64,000 bases of DNA. Source: Escherichia phage EAWsc9. The stretch is from the sequence record PQ341120.1. One strand, given 5' to 3'. Both the position numbers and the translations under genes were made by a program. The notes under the pieces were generated by a model that worked only from the letters and a program-made list of their open reading frames with translations, was not told where the DNA came from and did no database searches. Below, in pieces: positions 26,599 through 34,132 of this stretch (position 1 is its first letter; each line of letters starts with the position of its first letter).

Positions 26599-27627
26599 CT
26601 AAACTTTTGCGTACTTCGAAAGTCGCATTCTCGCCATCAACCCTTGAGCAACGTTATCGGCCATATATGATTCGATTTGTTCAGGGGTTGCGCCCTCCGA
26701 TTTAACCATCTCATTTATGTCTTTCGTATGCCATGGTGCATTGTCCCAGAACATAACGGCTTCACCCGCTTCAACGAGCTTCTTCATACGTTTAATCGTA
26801 TCCGGATGTCTTGGCTCGTTGTCCATTACCCATACTCGGGTTTCAGCATAAGGAACGGCTTCCAATGCTAATGTTCCACCGGTTATCGCAATGCTGTTAG
26901 GGATAAACAAACTATCAATCGGACCTTCCATTACCCACACGCGCTTGCGCTCATCAATCTTGTCTACGCCATAGACTTTGGAAGCTTCTGGGTGAGCTTT
27001 GATTGTGATATATTTTTGTGGTGCATCTTTGCGAAGAGCTCGTCCTTGGAAAGATTCGATTTCTTTTTTGCCGTTGAAGATAGGAATAACCAAGCGTGGT
27101 TCATTCGTTTCATTCTTATACGTCCCAGGATTAACGGAGTTAACTAATGCAGGCCATTTGTTTGTAAACCATAACCGGTTCCAAACATTGCTCGGAATAC
27201 ACCGACTTTTTACATACTTAACTATCGGATGCTCTTCTGGTAAAGTATCGATTCTTTCGCAAAAAGCAAGCTCTTCAATAACCGGAGTTTTTTCTGGTTC
27301 TTTCGGAGCTTCTGCAACTTCATTACGTTGTCGACCGAAAGCATTCTCCTTATACTTCTCAACCATATATTCCCGGTGCAAATCCGGCTCAAACTCTTTT
27401 ATGTATTTGCTTATATGCGTGGAGTAGTCACAGTTAAAACATTTCACGTAAACCGCACCATCAGACGGATTGGTATACGCCCAGAATCGGGCCTTGTGTG
27501 AATCTTTCTGGGAGTCACCACAAACCTTGCAACGACAGTTTGCCTTAAATGTGCTCCCGGTGACTTCTCTATAACGTGGTTGATACGATAAAGCTCTAAC
27601 TGCAAATTCTCTATCAATATATGACAT
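26599..27627 (-). CDS. 61: DNA primase gp61
   Basis: 342 aa; zinc ribbon CRCKVCGDS...CFNCDYS and Toprim-like core; T4 gp61 is 342 aa. Confidence 0.9.
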   Translation of the reverse strand: MSYIDREFAVRALSYQPRYREVTGSTFKANCRCKVCGDSQKDSHKARFWAYTNPSDGAVYVKCFNCDYSTHISKYIKEFEPDLHREYMVEKYKENAFGRQRNEVAEAPKEPEKTPVIEELAFCERIDTLPEEHPIVKYVKSRCIPSNVWNRLWFTNKWPALVNSVNPGTYKNETNEPRLVIPIFNGKKEIESFQGRALRKDAPQKYITIKAHPEASKVYGVDKIDERKRVWVMEGPIDSLFIPNSIAITGGTLALEAVPYAETRVWVMDNEPRHPDTIKRMKKLVEAGEAVMFWDNAPWHTKDINEMVKSEGATPEQIESYMADNVAQGLMARMRLSKYAKV

Positions 27628-27641
27628 AGTTTCCTCATTTC

Positions 27642-27661
27642 AATGGCCCCGAAGGACCATT
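27642..27661 (-). promoter_or_regulatory. UUCG-type hairpin in gene 61 leader, with TATAAT immediately upstream on transcript
   Basis: AATGG(C)CC-CGAA-GGACCATT with one mismatch. Confidence 0.4.
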
Positions 27662-27827
27662 ATACTGTAGGTTTATCGTCTTTATTCTTACGCTTTTTTG
27701 ATGGGATTTGTTCAGGGCCTTTATTGACAACTGCCCCGGAAGTGGTACCTGTTGCGATATTAGTTGGGTTTCCACCTGCATCACCGGCAACCATATCTTC
27801 ATTGATAAAATCTTTGAATGTTTTCAT
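27660..27827 (-). CDS. Hypothetical protein (55 aa), 61.1-position
   Basis: SD AAGGGGGTG; MKTFKDFINEDMVAGDAGGNPTN...; below track cutoff. Confidence 0.45.
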   Translation of the reverse strand: MKTFKDFINEDMVAGDAGGNPTNIATGTTSGAVVNKGPEQIPSKKRKNKDDKPTV

Positions 27828-27846
27828 AACACCCCCTTTCCGCTAT

Positions 27847-28038
27847 TTATACAACGAAGATAGCTTTATCGCCATTTGCATCAGTCACTTCATAGGTGTC
27901 TTCATGATACAACGGAATAATCCAGGTAACACCATCATCAGCGATAACATGGATTGCTTCTTGGTCTTGCGACACGATTTCATATTCTTCAAAAATCTGG
28001 AAGACCGAAATCTTAGAGCCCGTACACATTGCAGTCAT
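27847..28038 (-). CDS. Hypothetical protein (63 aa)
   Basis: ORF in 61.x island. Confidence 0.45.
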   Translation of the reverse strand: MTAMCTGSKISVFQIFEEYEIVSQDQEAIHVIADDGVTWIIPLYHEDTYEVTDANGDKAIFVV

Positions 28039-28039
28039 A

Positions 28040-28408
28040 TTAACCTCGCTTCATGAAAGCATTAAAAATCTGGTCATCAATATCAGTAGGCGGTTCTTGA
28101 GATTTAACCCAGCCAGCATCCAGAATGTCATTTGCTTCAGTAGATAGCATGACCCCAATTTCAGGATTTCCGGTTATCCACGCTGCACAATCGCGTACAT
28201 TCTTTTTATCAAATGGATAGCCACGAGTATCTTCATAAGGCCCATTCATTACCATAAATGAGCGAGCCTTTATGATAACGCCATCTTTAACAATAATATA
28301 ACCAATCGCCTGATTATAACGAGGCTCGCGGAATTCATAATGAGCATTACCATCATTATTTTTAACTAATTCAAAATTCAGATAAGACAAATCGCTTTGA
28401 ATATACAT
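28040..28408 (-). CDS. Hypothetical protein (122 aa) sharing C-terminal tail with next gene
   Basis: Ends DDQIFNAFMKRG; 3' ~45 nt near-identical to 28410..28455. Confidence 0.55.
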   Translation of the reverse strand: MYIQSDLSYLNFELVKNNDGNAHYEFREPRYNQAIGYIIVKDGVIIKARSFMVMNGPYEDTRGYPFDKKNVRDCAAWITGNPEIGVMLSTEANDILDAGWVKSQEPPTDIDDQIFNAFMKRG

Positions 28409-28409
28409 A

Positions 28410-28847
28410 TTAATCTCGCTTCATAAAGGCATTAAAAATTTGGTCGTCAACTGAATATACAGGGGTTTCTAGAAGTTTCAAAAGACTGTTTTTAATGTAC
28501 TTACCCGGGATACCCATATTAACAATACTGTCATTCAATTCATTGTTAGGATTGATGTCTTTAAATTCAAACCCATCAAACTCAACCTTGTCAGGAATAC
28601 CATCAGCGAAAAAATAAACCAATTGGTGCATTGTATTGCGCGAAAATAATTTAGACTTGACTGCAATAAGTTCTTGCCAATGGTTTAATTCTTTGTTAAT
28701 AAGCTTATGAGCAAACGTAATTCTATCATCACTATCAACAAGAAAATAACCCAGGTATTGAATTTCGTCGCTCCAAAACACCCGGTATGCCTGTGCATTT
28801 GGATTTTTACAGCGAAGTTTTTTGATAACTAAATTTCTGTTAATCAT
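28410..28847 (-). CDS. Hypothetical protein (145 aa) sharing C-terminal tail with previous gene
   Basis: ATG at 28847 with SD AGGTGA; ends DDQIFNAFMKRD. Confidence 0.55.
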   Translation of the reverse strand: MINRNLVIKKLRCKNPNAQAYRVFWSDEIQYLGYFLVDSDDRITFAHKLINKELNHWQELIAVKSKLFSRNTMHQLVYFFADGIPDKVEFDGFEFKDINPNNELNDSIVNMGIPGKYIKNSLLKLLETPVYSVDDQIFNAFMKRD

Positions 28848-28848
28848 T

Positions 28849-29142
28849 TTATTCACCTGTAACCCATTGAACAATTTTGCTATTGTCAAATGAAGCATCG
28901 CAATACAGAACATAGTTATACTGCATAACGTCACCAGAAGTCAATTTGTCAGATACTTCTTTAACCATATCAGGGCGGTCACGTTTAGTTATGTTCATAA
29001 TATCAGCATAAATCTGATGTTCAACATCAGTCTGGTCAGCAGTCATAGACCACTCACAAAGGTCTTTATCAAGTCCAGCAGTAACTGGAGCTGTACCACA
29101 TGATGCTACGGTAAGAATTGCTGCAATTAATAACTTTTTCAT
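28849..29142 (-). CDS. sp: Spackle (Sp) periplasmic superinfection-exclusion protein
   Basis: 97 aa; signal peptide then DKDLCEWSMTADQT...DIMNITKRDRP...MQYNYVLYCD matches my recollection of T4 Sp (97 aa). Confidence 0.75.
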   Translation of the reverse strand: MKKLLIAAILTVASCGTAPVTAGLDKDLCEWSMTADQTDVEHQIYADIMNITKRDRPDMVKEVSDKLTSGDVMQYNYVLYCDASFDNSKIVQWVTGE

Positions 29143-29180
29143 TTCAATCTCCTCAGTAGTTGATAGGGATAATATACTGC

Positions 29181-29209
29181 ATTATCCCTTTGATGTACAC
29201 TTATTTTTC
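29181..29209 (-). promoter_or_regulatory. Early promoter (TGTACA-17-GATAAT) upstream of sp
   Basis: Followed by CTATCAACTACTGAGGAG leader. Confidence 0.4.
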
Positions 29210-29542
29210 ACCTTCAACTGAAAAACCGGTCAAGTTGTAATATTCAGCACGTGCAATATGAAGAGCTGCTTCAATATCAGTAAGGCAGATTTCTTCATTT
29301 AACAGTTGCGCTTCAACGGTCAAAATCAGATTACGCAATGCGGTACCCTTACGCATGTCTACTTTATGAATTAGCTTGTCATCAACAAAAGCTTCAACCA
29401 GCGCATTATAGTTATCAGCAGTCTTCTGGACATACCAGTGAATACCTGCGGGGTGGAACATGCTAGAACGTTCAAAAGATGGTACACCAACAGCACTCAC
29501 TTTGATTGTTACTTTTACGCGGTCTTCTGGATTAAAAGCCAT
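29201..29542 (-). CDS. Hypothetical protein (113 aa), Dmd paralog (61.4 position)
   Basis: YNALVEAFVDDKLIHKVDMR parallels Dmd NNALVKAFVNDNKVFEYDYR. Confidence 0.55.
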   Translation of the reverse strand: MAFNPEDRVKVTIKVSAVGVPSFERSSMFHPAGIHWYVQKTADNYNALVEAFVDDKLIHKVDMRKGTALRNLILTVEAQLLNEEICLTDIEAALHIARAEYYNLTGFSVEGEK

Positions 29543-29755
29543 TTAGATTTCCTCAGATAAGTGGATACGATAATCATATTCAAAAACTTTATTGTCATTA
29601 ACAAAGGCTTTCACCAGCGCATTATTCACTTCTGCATACTGCACTGTAACCCATTCAATCATATTTTGGTCACTAACATCTAGTGCAGTTTCTTTGGTAA
29701 ACATATTACCATTTTCAAACCAACCAATAAACACTACTTTCTCTAATTTATGCAT
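29543..29755 (-). CDS. dmd: Dmd-like antitoxin (inhibitor of RnlA/LsoA)
   Basis: 70 aa; KVVFIGWFENGNMFTKE...VQYAEVNNALVKAFVNDNKV resembles T4 Dmd (61.5); located between 41 and 61. Confidence 0.6.
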   Translation of the reverse strand: MHKLEKVVFIGWFENGNMFTKETALDVSDQNMIEWVTVQYAEVNNALVKAFVNDNKVFEYDYRIHLSEEI

Positions 29756-30073
29756 TTAGATTTCCTCACAGAAGGCCCATTCGGCGTGATAAACTGTTGC
29801 GCCTTTAGTATCATTTAAACAAACCACGTCAACAGGTGCAATCACACGATAAAGACGGGGTTCTCCTCCATATGAGCGAGCTGCTCTTCCTGCATAGATA
29901 CGGGCCAAACCAATATCTTCAGTAAAAAACACACGCCCTAAATTTTTCTTGCGCCCAACTTCTGACAGAACACCAGTTGCATCAGGAGGGCAAAGCATAT
30001 TTTGGATTCCAGCATTAGAGCTTGAGCCATGATAATAAACTTTGTATTCCGCCTTGCAATCAATAGTTTTCAT
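29756..30073 (-). CDS. Hypothetical protein (105 aa) with YHGSS motif
   Basis: Own promoter and leader; first gene after the 41 terminator; not recognised as a T4 gene. Confidence 0.55.
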   Translation of the reverse strand: MKTIDCKAEYKVYYHGSSSNAGIQNMLCPPDATGVLSEVGRKKNLGRVFFTEDIGLARIYAGRAARSYGGEPRLYRVIAPVDVVCLNDTKGATVYHAEWAFCEEI

Positions 30074-30092
30074 TTTATTCTCCAGTAGTTGA

Positions 30093-30120
30093 TAGGGTCA
30101 TTATAACATAAGAAAAAGGG
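30093..30120 (-). promoter_or_regulatory. Early promoter (-10 TATAAT) with -35 inside terminator loop
   Basis: TATAAT followed by CCCTATCAACTACTGGAGAA leader. Confidence 0.4.
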
Positions 30121-30130
30121 GCTGTAAGCC
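30105..30130. terminator. Hairpin terminator after gene 41 (AGGGGC-loop-GCCCCT, A/T runs both sides)
   Basis: 6-bp GC stem flanked by AAAAA and TTTT. Confidence 0.55.
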
Positions 30131-30144
30131 CCTTTTAAAATATT

Positions 30145-31584
30145 TTAAAATTTCATTTGAGCAGCAAGGTCGTCCAGGTCGCTCCTGTTGACCCTGGTTT
30201 GTCGATTCATTTCAGCCTGGCGATTCATCTCACCGGTGGCTTCTTTAACCGTAGGGCCTTGTTTAGGAGCCGAATCATCATCAACCTCATACCAGCGCTG
30301 ATTACCTTTCTTAACACCCATCTTGAATTTATTATAGTAGTTTTTATCGCCGTAACGAGACTTAAGCTGTTTGATTAACTGCAGTCCCATTTGAGCGAAT
30401 TCTTCGGTCTCAACAACACCTAACATAAAGTCAGCTGTGTGAGCAATACCAAAGGATTCTGCAATGTCAGCCATATCAATCTCAGCTGCAACGTTCGCGC
30501 CTCTGGTCGTCTGTGCTGCAGTCCACAGGACCACATTTTTCTCGACTGCCAGCCCACGAAGTTCTTCTGCAACCATCTTAATCAGACCGTAACTGTTTTC
30601 GGTAAACGTTTTCAGTCTTGAGCTTGCACAGATTGCCAGGTAGTCAACAATAATCACATCCGGTACAAACCCTTGCTTCAGTTTGTATTCGTTCAGTAAT
30701 GCACGGAAAGTATCCGCATGAGCACCACCAGTTGGATATTGTTTTATCTTCAGAGTCCCAAGAGTCCCAGAAGCACGCCATTTTTCCATCTTAGCTTTAT
30801 ATTCTGCCCATGATATATGACCTTCATCAATATCATCCAGAGACACATCCAGCAAGTTGGCATCAATACGTTTGGCACATACTTCTTCGGCCATTTCCAT
30901 GCTTATATAAAGAACGTTATGACCAGTCTGAAGATAGTCAGCCGCTAACGAACAAAGTCCAAGGGATTTCCCGACGTTGGTCCCGGCCAGTAAAACGTTC
31001 TCTGTGCCGTACTCAACTCCACCTTTCGTAATTTTATTCAGGATGTTAATGCGGAACGGAACTTTCTTCGATTTGTTCAGATAAGTCTGGAATCGAGCCT
31101 CGTAATCGTTTAACCAGTCATGGCCAAGGGCAGAATCAAAACAGATGGACAATGCATCACGCATAATGTCAGGGATAGCACCGATATCCGGGATTCGTTT
31201 ATCACGCTTATCTTTCGGAAGTTCAGCATTACTCTGGATTTCGATAATCCTGGATGTGGCATTGAACATCGCAGACTTCTGTACATACTTCTCGGTTTCT
31301 CTGACCAACCATTCCTGGTCTTCTGGAGTATCGGCCAGGACTCCTAAGAGTTTCTTTGTGCCTTCATATTCGACCTCAGAAAGGTCAGAACTGTCGAGCG
31401 CAATATCAAGTGCAGTTTTAGTTGGTACCGCTTGATATTCTTTTACATGTTCGTTAATCGTATTAAAAAGGGTCTTCGCTGGACCCTTTTCAAAATATGT
31501 GCTATTCAGATATGGCCAGACTTTAACAAAATATTCCTTGTTAAAGAGTAGCTGGGATAAAATAGTTTCTACCACTTCCACCAC
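30145..31584 (-). CDS. 41: Replicative DNA helicase gp41 (DnaB-like)
   Basis: 479 aa; Walker A GTNVGKS, YISMEMAEEVCAKRIDAN, VDYL...; very close to T4 gp41. Confidence 0.95.
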   Translation of the reverse strand: MVEVVETILSQLLFNKEYFVKVWPYLNSTYFEKGPAKTLFNTINEHVKEYQAVPTKTALDIALDSSDLSEVEYEGTKKLLGVLADTPEDQEWLVRETEKYVQKSAMFNATSRIIEIQSNAELPKDKRDKRIPDIGAIPDIMRDALSICFDSALGHDWLNDYEARFQTYLNKSKKVPFRINILNKITKGGVEYGTENVLLAGTNVGKSLGLCSLAADYLQTGHNVLYISMEMAEEVCAKRIDANLLDVSLDDIDEGHISWAEYKAKMEKWRASGTLGTLKIKQYPTGGAHADTFRALLNEYKLKQGFVPDVIIVDYLAICASSRLKTFTENSYGLIKMVAEELRGLAVEKNVVLWTAAQTTRGANVAAEIDMADIAESFGIAHTADFMLGVVETEEFAQMGLQLIKQLKSRYGDKNYYNKFKMGVKKGNQRWYEVDDDSAPKQGPTVKEATGEMNRQAEMNRQTRVNRSDLDDLAAQMKF

Positions 31585-31913
31585 CTCTTTTTCATTTTAA
31601 TCTTATCAATTTCATCTTGTATTTGCATTGTAACACACTTTTCTACATGCACTGCAAGCTCCGCTTTGCGGTCTTCAGAAGGGGTGCCGAAATCAACTGA
31701 AACTTTTCCAGATGGTTCAATTTTAATTCCGGTTACGTACACGATGTGATTGGACCCATCGGGGAGTGATAACAGAATTTCCTGCCGTACAGTTCCCATG
31801 GATTGCCGGATAATCTCCAAACTTTTTTCGTAGTAAGGCACAGAAGGAGCCTTAGCTCCCTCCGCATCTTTCTCGAAATTATCTAAATCAGATAAATCGA
31901 TATCATTCATCAA
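31569..31913 (-). CDS. 40: gp40-position protein (114 aa)
   Basis: ORF between uvsX and 41 as gene 40 in T4; sequence not independently recognised. Confidence 0.5.
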   Translation of the reverse strand: MMNDIDLSDLDNFEKDAEGAKAPSVPYYEKSLEIIRQSMGTVRQEILLSLPDGSNHIVYVTGIKIEPSGKVSVDFGTPSEDRKAELAVHVEKCVTMQIQDEIDKIKMKKRWWKW

Positions 31914-33081
31914 GGTCTTCCATCATATCTAAATCGTTTTCGATATCTGCTGCAGATGGTTTTGCCTTACCTTCAGGAGCAGAGTATTTTTCAACCTTGG
32001 AGGCAATAAGCGCATCAACTTCGGCATCAACAACAGCATTGCTATCAATTGCACCCAGCTGGTAATGACGTTTGATTGCGTCACGGAAAGGTTCGTGCTT
32101 GAACAACGGACCCCAGAATTCGGTACAGTTAGTATCTTTTGCACGCCATGATTTTTCTTCGCGGACCATTTCACCGGTCTCAACATCAAGATATTCACGG
32201 TTATACCAACCAACTTTCGGTTTCACCACAAATCCGATTTCCATTGCCATATCAAGCAGGCCAGAATACGGGTCAATACCCCCATCGAATTTTACATCAA
32301 TGAAGAATTTACTTTTCTCTTTGACCATACGAGATTTTTCGGCGTTCAGAACAAATTGGAAACCTTCAAGTTCTTTACCAGTTTCTTTAATCTGACGTTT
32401 ACCGATAATGAATACGGTGTCCGCAGAATACATAACACCTGTACCACCGGTCATAACGGTTTTGCTGTACATCTCAATCGTCTCAATTGTATGGTTAACC
32501 GCGACACAAGGGATATCCTTGATACTAAAATATGGTGTAACAATACGGAATAGAGATTTCAGGGATTTAGCACGAGTCATATCGCCAACGACTTTTTCGT
32601 TCATCGCATCTTCTGTTTCTTTTTTAGACGCCATGTTACCGATTGAGTCAATAAAGATAATGACTTTTTCACCACGCTCAATTGCTTCAAGCTGGTTAAC
32701 CATATCAACTTTCAATTGTTCAACCGACTGGATTGGTGTGTGAATAACACGTTCCGGGTCAACTTTCATTGCACGAAGATAGGCTTCTGTGATACCAAAT
32801 TCTGAATCATAGAACAAACAGATTGCGTCGGGGTATTTGTTCATATATGCAGAGACCATCGTTAAACCCATATTGGATTTAAAGTGTTTTGACGGACCAG
32901 CAAAAATAGTCAAACCTGACTGCATACCACCATCTAGTGCACCGCTGATTGCAATGTTCAGCATCGGGATTTTTGTACGAACTACATCTTTATCATTAAA
33001 AAACTTGGACTTAGTAAGAGTCGCAGTCATTTTGGATGTAGAAGCTTTAATCAAACGGGATTTCAAATCTGCAATAGACAT
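31903..33081 (-). CDS. uvsX: Recombinase UvsX (RecA-like)
   Basis: 392 aa; Walker A GPSKHFKSN, RecA-fold core; T4 UvsX is 391 aa. Confidence 0.93.
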   Translation of the reverse strand: MSIADLKSRLIKASTSKMTATLTKSKFFNDKDVVRTKIPMLNIAISGALDGGMQSGLTIFAGPSKHFKSNMGLTMVSAYMNKYPDAICLFYDSEFGITEAYLRAMKVDPERVIHTPIQSVEQLKVDMVNQLEAIERGEKVIIFIDSIGNMASKKETEDAMNEKVVGDMTRAKSLKSLFRIVTPYFSIKDIPCVAVNHTIETIEMYSKTVMTGGTGVMYSADTVFIIGKRQIKETGKELEGFQFVLNAEKSRMVKEKSKFFIDVKFDGGIDPYSGLLDMAMEIGFVVKPKVGWYNREYLDVETGEMVREEKSWRAKDTNCTEFWGPLFKHEPFRDAIKRHYQLGAIDSNAVVDAEVDALIASKVEKYSAPEGKAKPSAADIENDLDMMEDLDE

Positions 33082-33134
33082 TCATTTTTTCCATAGGCAC
33101 CATTATATTTTTCTCACAGGTTTAAGATAGGATA

Positions 33135-33159
33135 ATTATATCACTGTATTTTTAGAGCA
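33135..33159 (-). promoter_or_regulatory. MotA-box-like middle promoter upstream of uvsX
   Basis: Minus strand TGCTCTA, 12 nt, TATAAT. Confidence 0.4.
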
Positions 33160-33166
33160 ATTAATG

Positions 33167-33670
33167 TTAGTTAATACCTTGGCGTGCTTTCTCTTTAGCT
33201 ACACATTTATTAATATAGCTCAGACGGTTTTGAGCAGAACGCTGATACATATCGCGATACTCATTAGCTTTTGGAGAACCCGTCTCTGCTGCCTGATAAG
33301 CTTCCGCGCGCATGATGTTTATCTGCATATTGATGTATGACATGCAGACCTGTGAAATCTGGTTAACAGTATCCAGGTCATTTTGGCGCTTGGTTTCTGC
33401 TTCCAGTTTAGCAATGATTTCGTCATGCTTCGCAGCTTGTTCGCGTTTGTACTCAATTTCACGTTGAGCATATTTCGCGCAGTTATTTCCACATTGATTG
33501 TTGTCGCGTTTGTAGATAAGTCCAGTACCACCTTTGAAATCAAAGGAACCATTATGCACCTGACGGTCTGCAGCAATTCGCGCTTTACCAATCTCACTGG
33601 CATTAACTACATCACCCTGATAAGCACAACCAGATAGCAGCATAACAGCTGCGATAGCTAACTTTTTCAT
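33167..33670 (-). CDS. Putative lipoprotein (167 aa)
   Basis: MKKLAIAAVMLLSGC lipobox; occupies the interval where T4 has beta-gt/42. Confidence 0.55.
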   Translation of the reverse strand: MKKLAIAAVMLLSGCAYQGDVVNASEIGKARIAADRQVHNGSFDFKGGTGLIYKRDNNQCGNNCAKYAQREIEYKREQAAKHDEIIAKLEAETKRQNDLDTVNQISQVCMSYINMQINIMRAEAYQAAETGSPKANEYRDMYQRSAQNRLSYINKCVAKEKARQGIN

Positions 33671-33680
33671 TGTATTTTCC

Positions 33681-33824
33681 TCAATTAAAACATTCATAGC
33701 GGGCTTGGAGCCCCAAAAATACCCAACCCAAAATTAAAGTTGGAATCATATGCGGAGTCATTATTGCCCAATAGATTGACATACTAAAAAATGCAATCAG
33801 TACAATAATTGTAATTATCTTCAT
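33681..33824 (-). CDS. Small membrane protein (47 aa)
   Basis: MKIITIIVLIAFFSMSIYWAIM...; ATGA overlap with upstream gene. Confidence 0.35.
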   Translation of the reverse strand: MKIITIIVLIAFFSMSIYWAIMTPHMIPTLILGWVFLGLQARYECFN

Positions 33825-34063
33825 TTGGTTTCCTTGATGATAATTACATGTGCATTTGATTTACGCTCAGCAACGAGTGCCCAGATAAATGCAATAAACC
33901 ATCCGACCATTGTCCAACCTAACAGGAGGTTAACAAAGAAGATTCCGCAATTACTTTTGGTTCCTCGCAGTAGCGCGATAATCCACGGCAGAAAATATGC
34001 CAGTGCAGCCAGGAAGAAAGAACCAGCACCAAGAACAACAGTACCTGCAATTAATGTTTCCAT
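33821..34063 (-). CDS. Two-TM membrane protein (80 aa), Imm-position
   Basis: Two hydrophobic helices; immediately downstream of gene 43 where T4 has imm. Confidence 0.45.
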   Translation of the reverse strand: METLIAGTVVLGAGSFFLAALAYFLPWIIALLRGTKSNCGIFFVNLLLGWTMVGWFIAFIWALVAERKSNAHVIIIKETK

Positions 34064-34132
34064 TTTAATATCCTTAAGTTATTCATCAGTTGATGGAGTA
34101 ATCATACGGCAATCCTTTGCCGTTGTAAACAC

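Noticed and set aside
27643-28056. 137-aa plus-strand ORF
   Set aside because: Overlaps the minus-strand 61.1-like and neighbouring ORFs that have proper SD sequences and coupling; no promoter or SD of its own.
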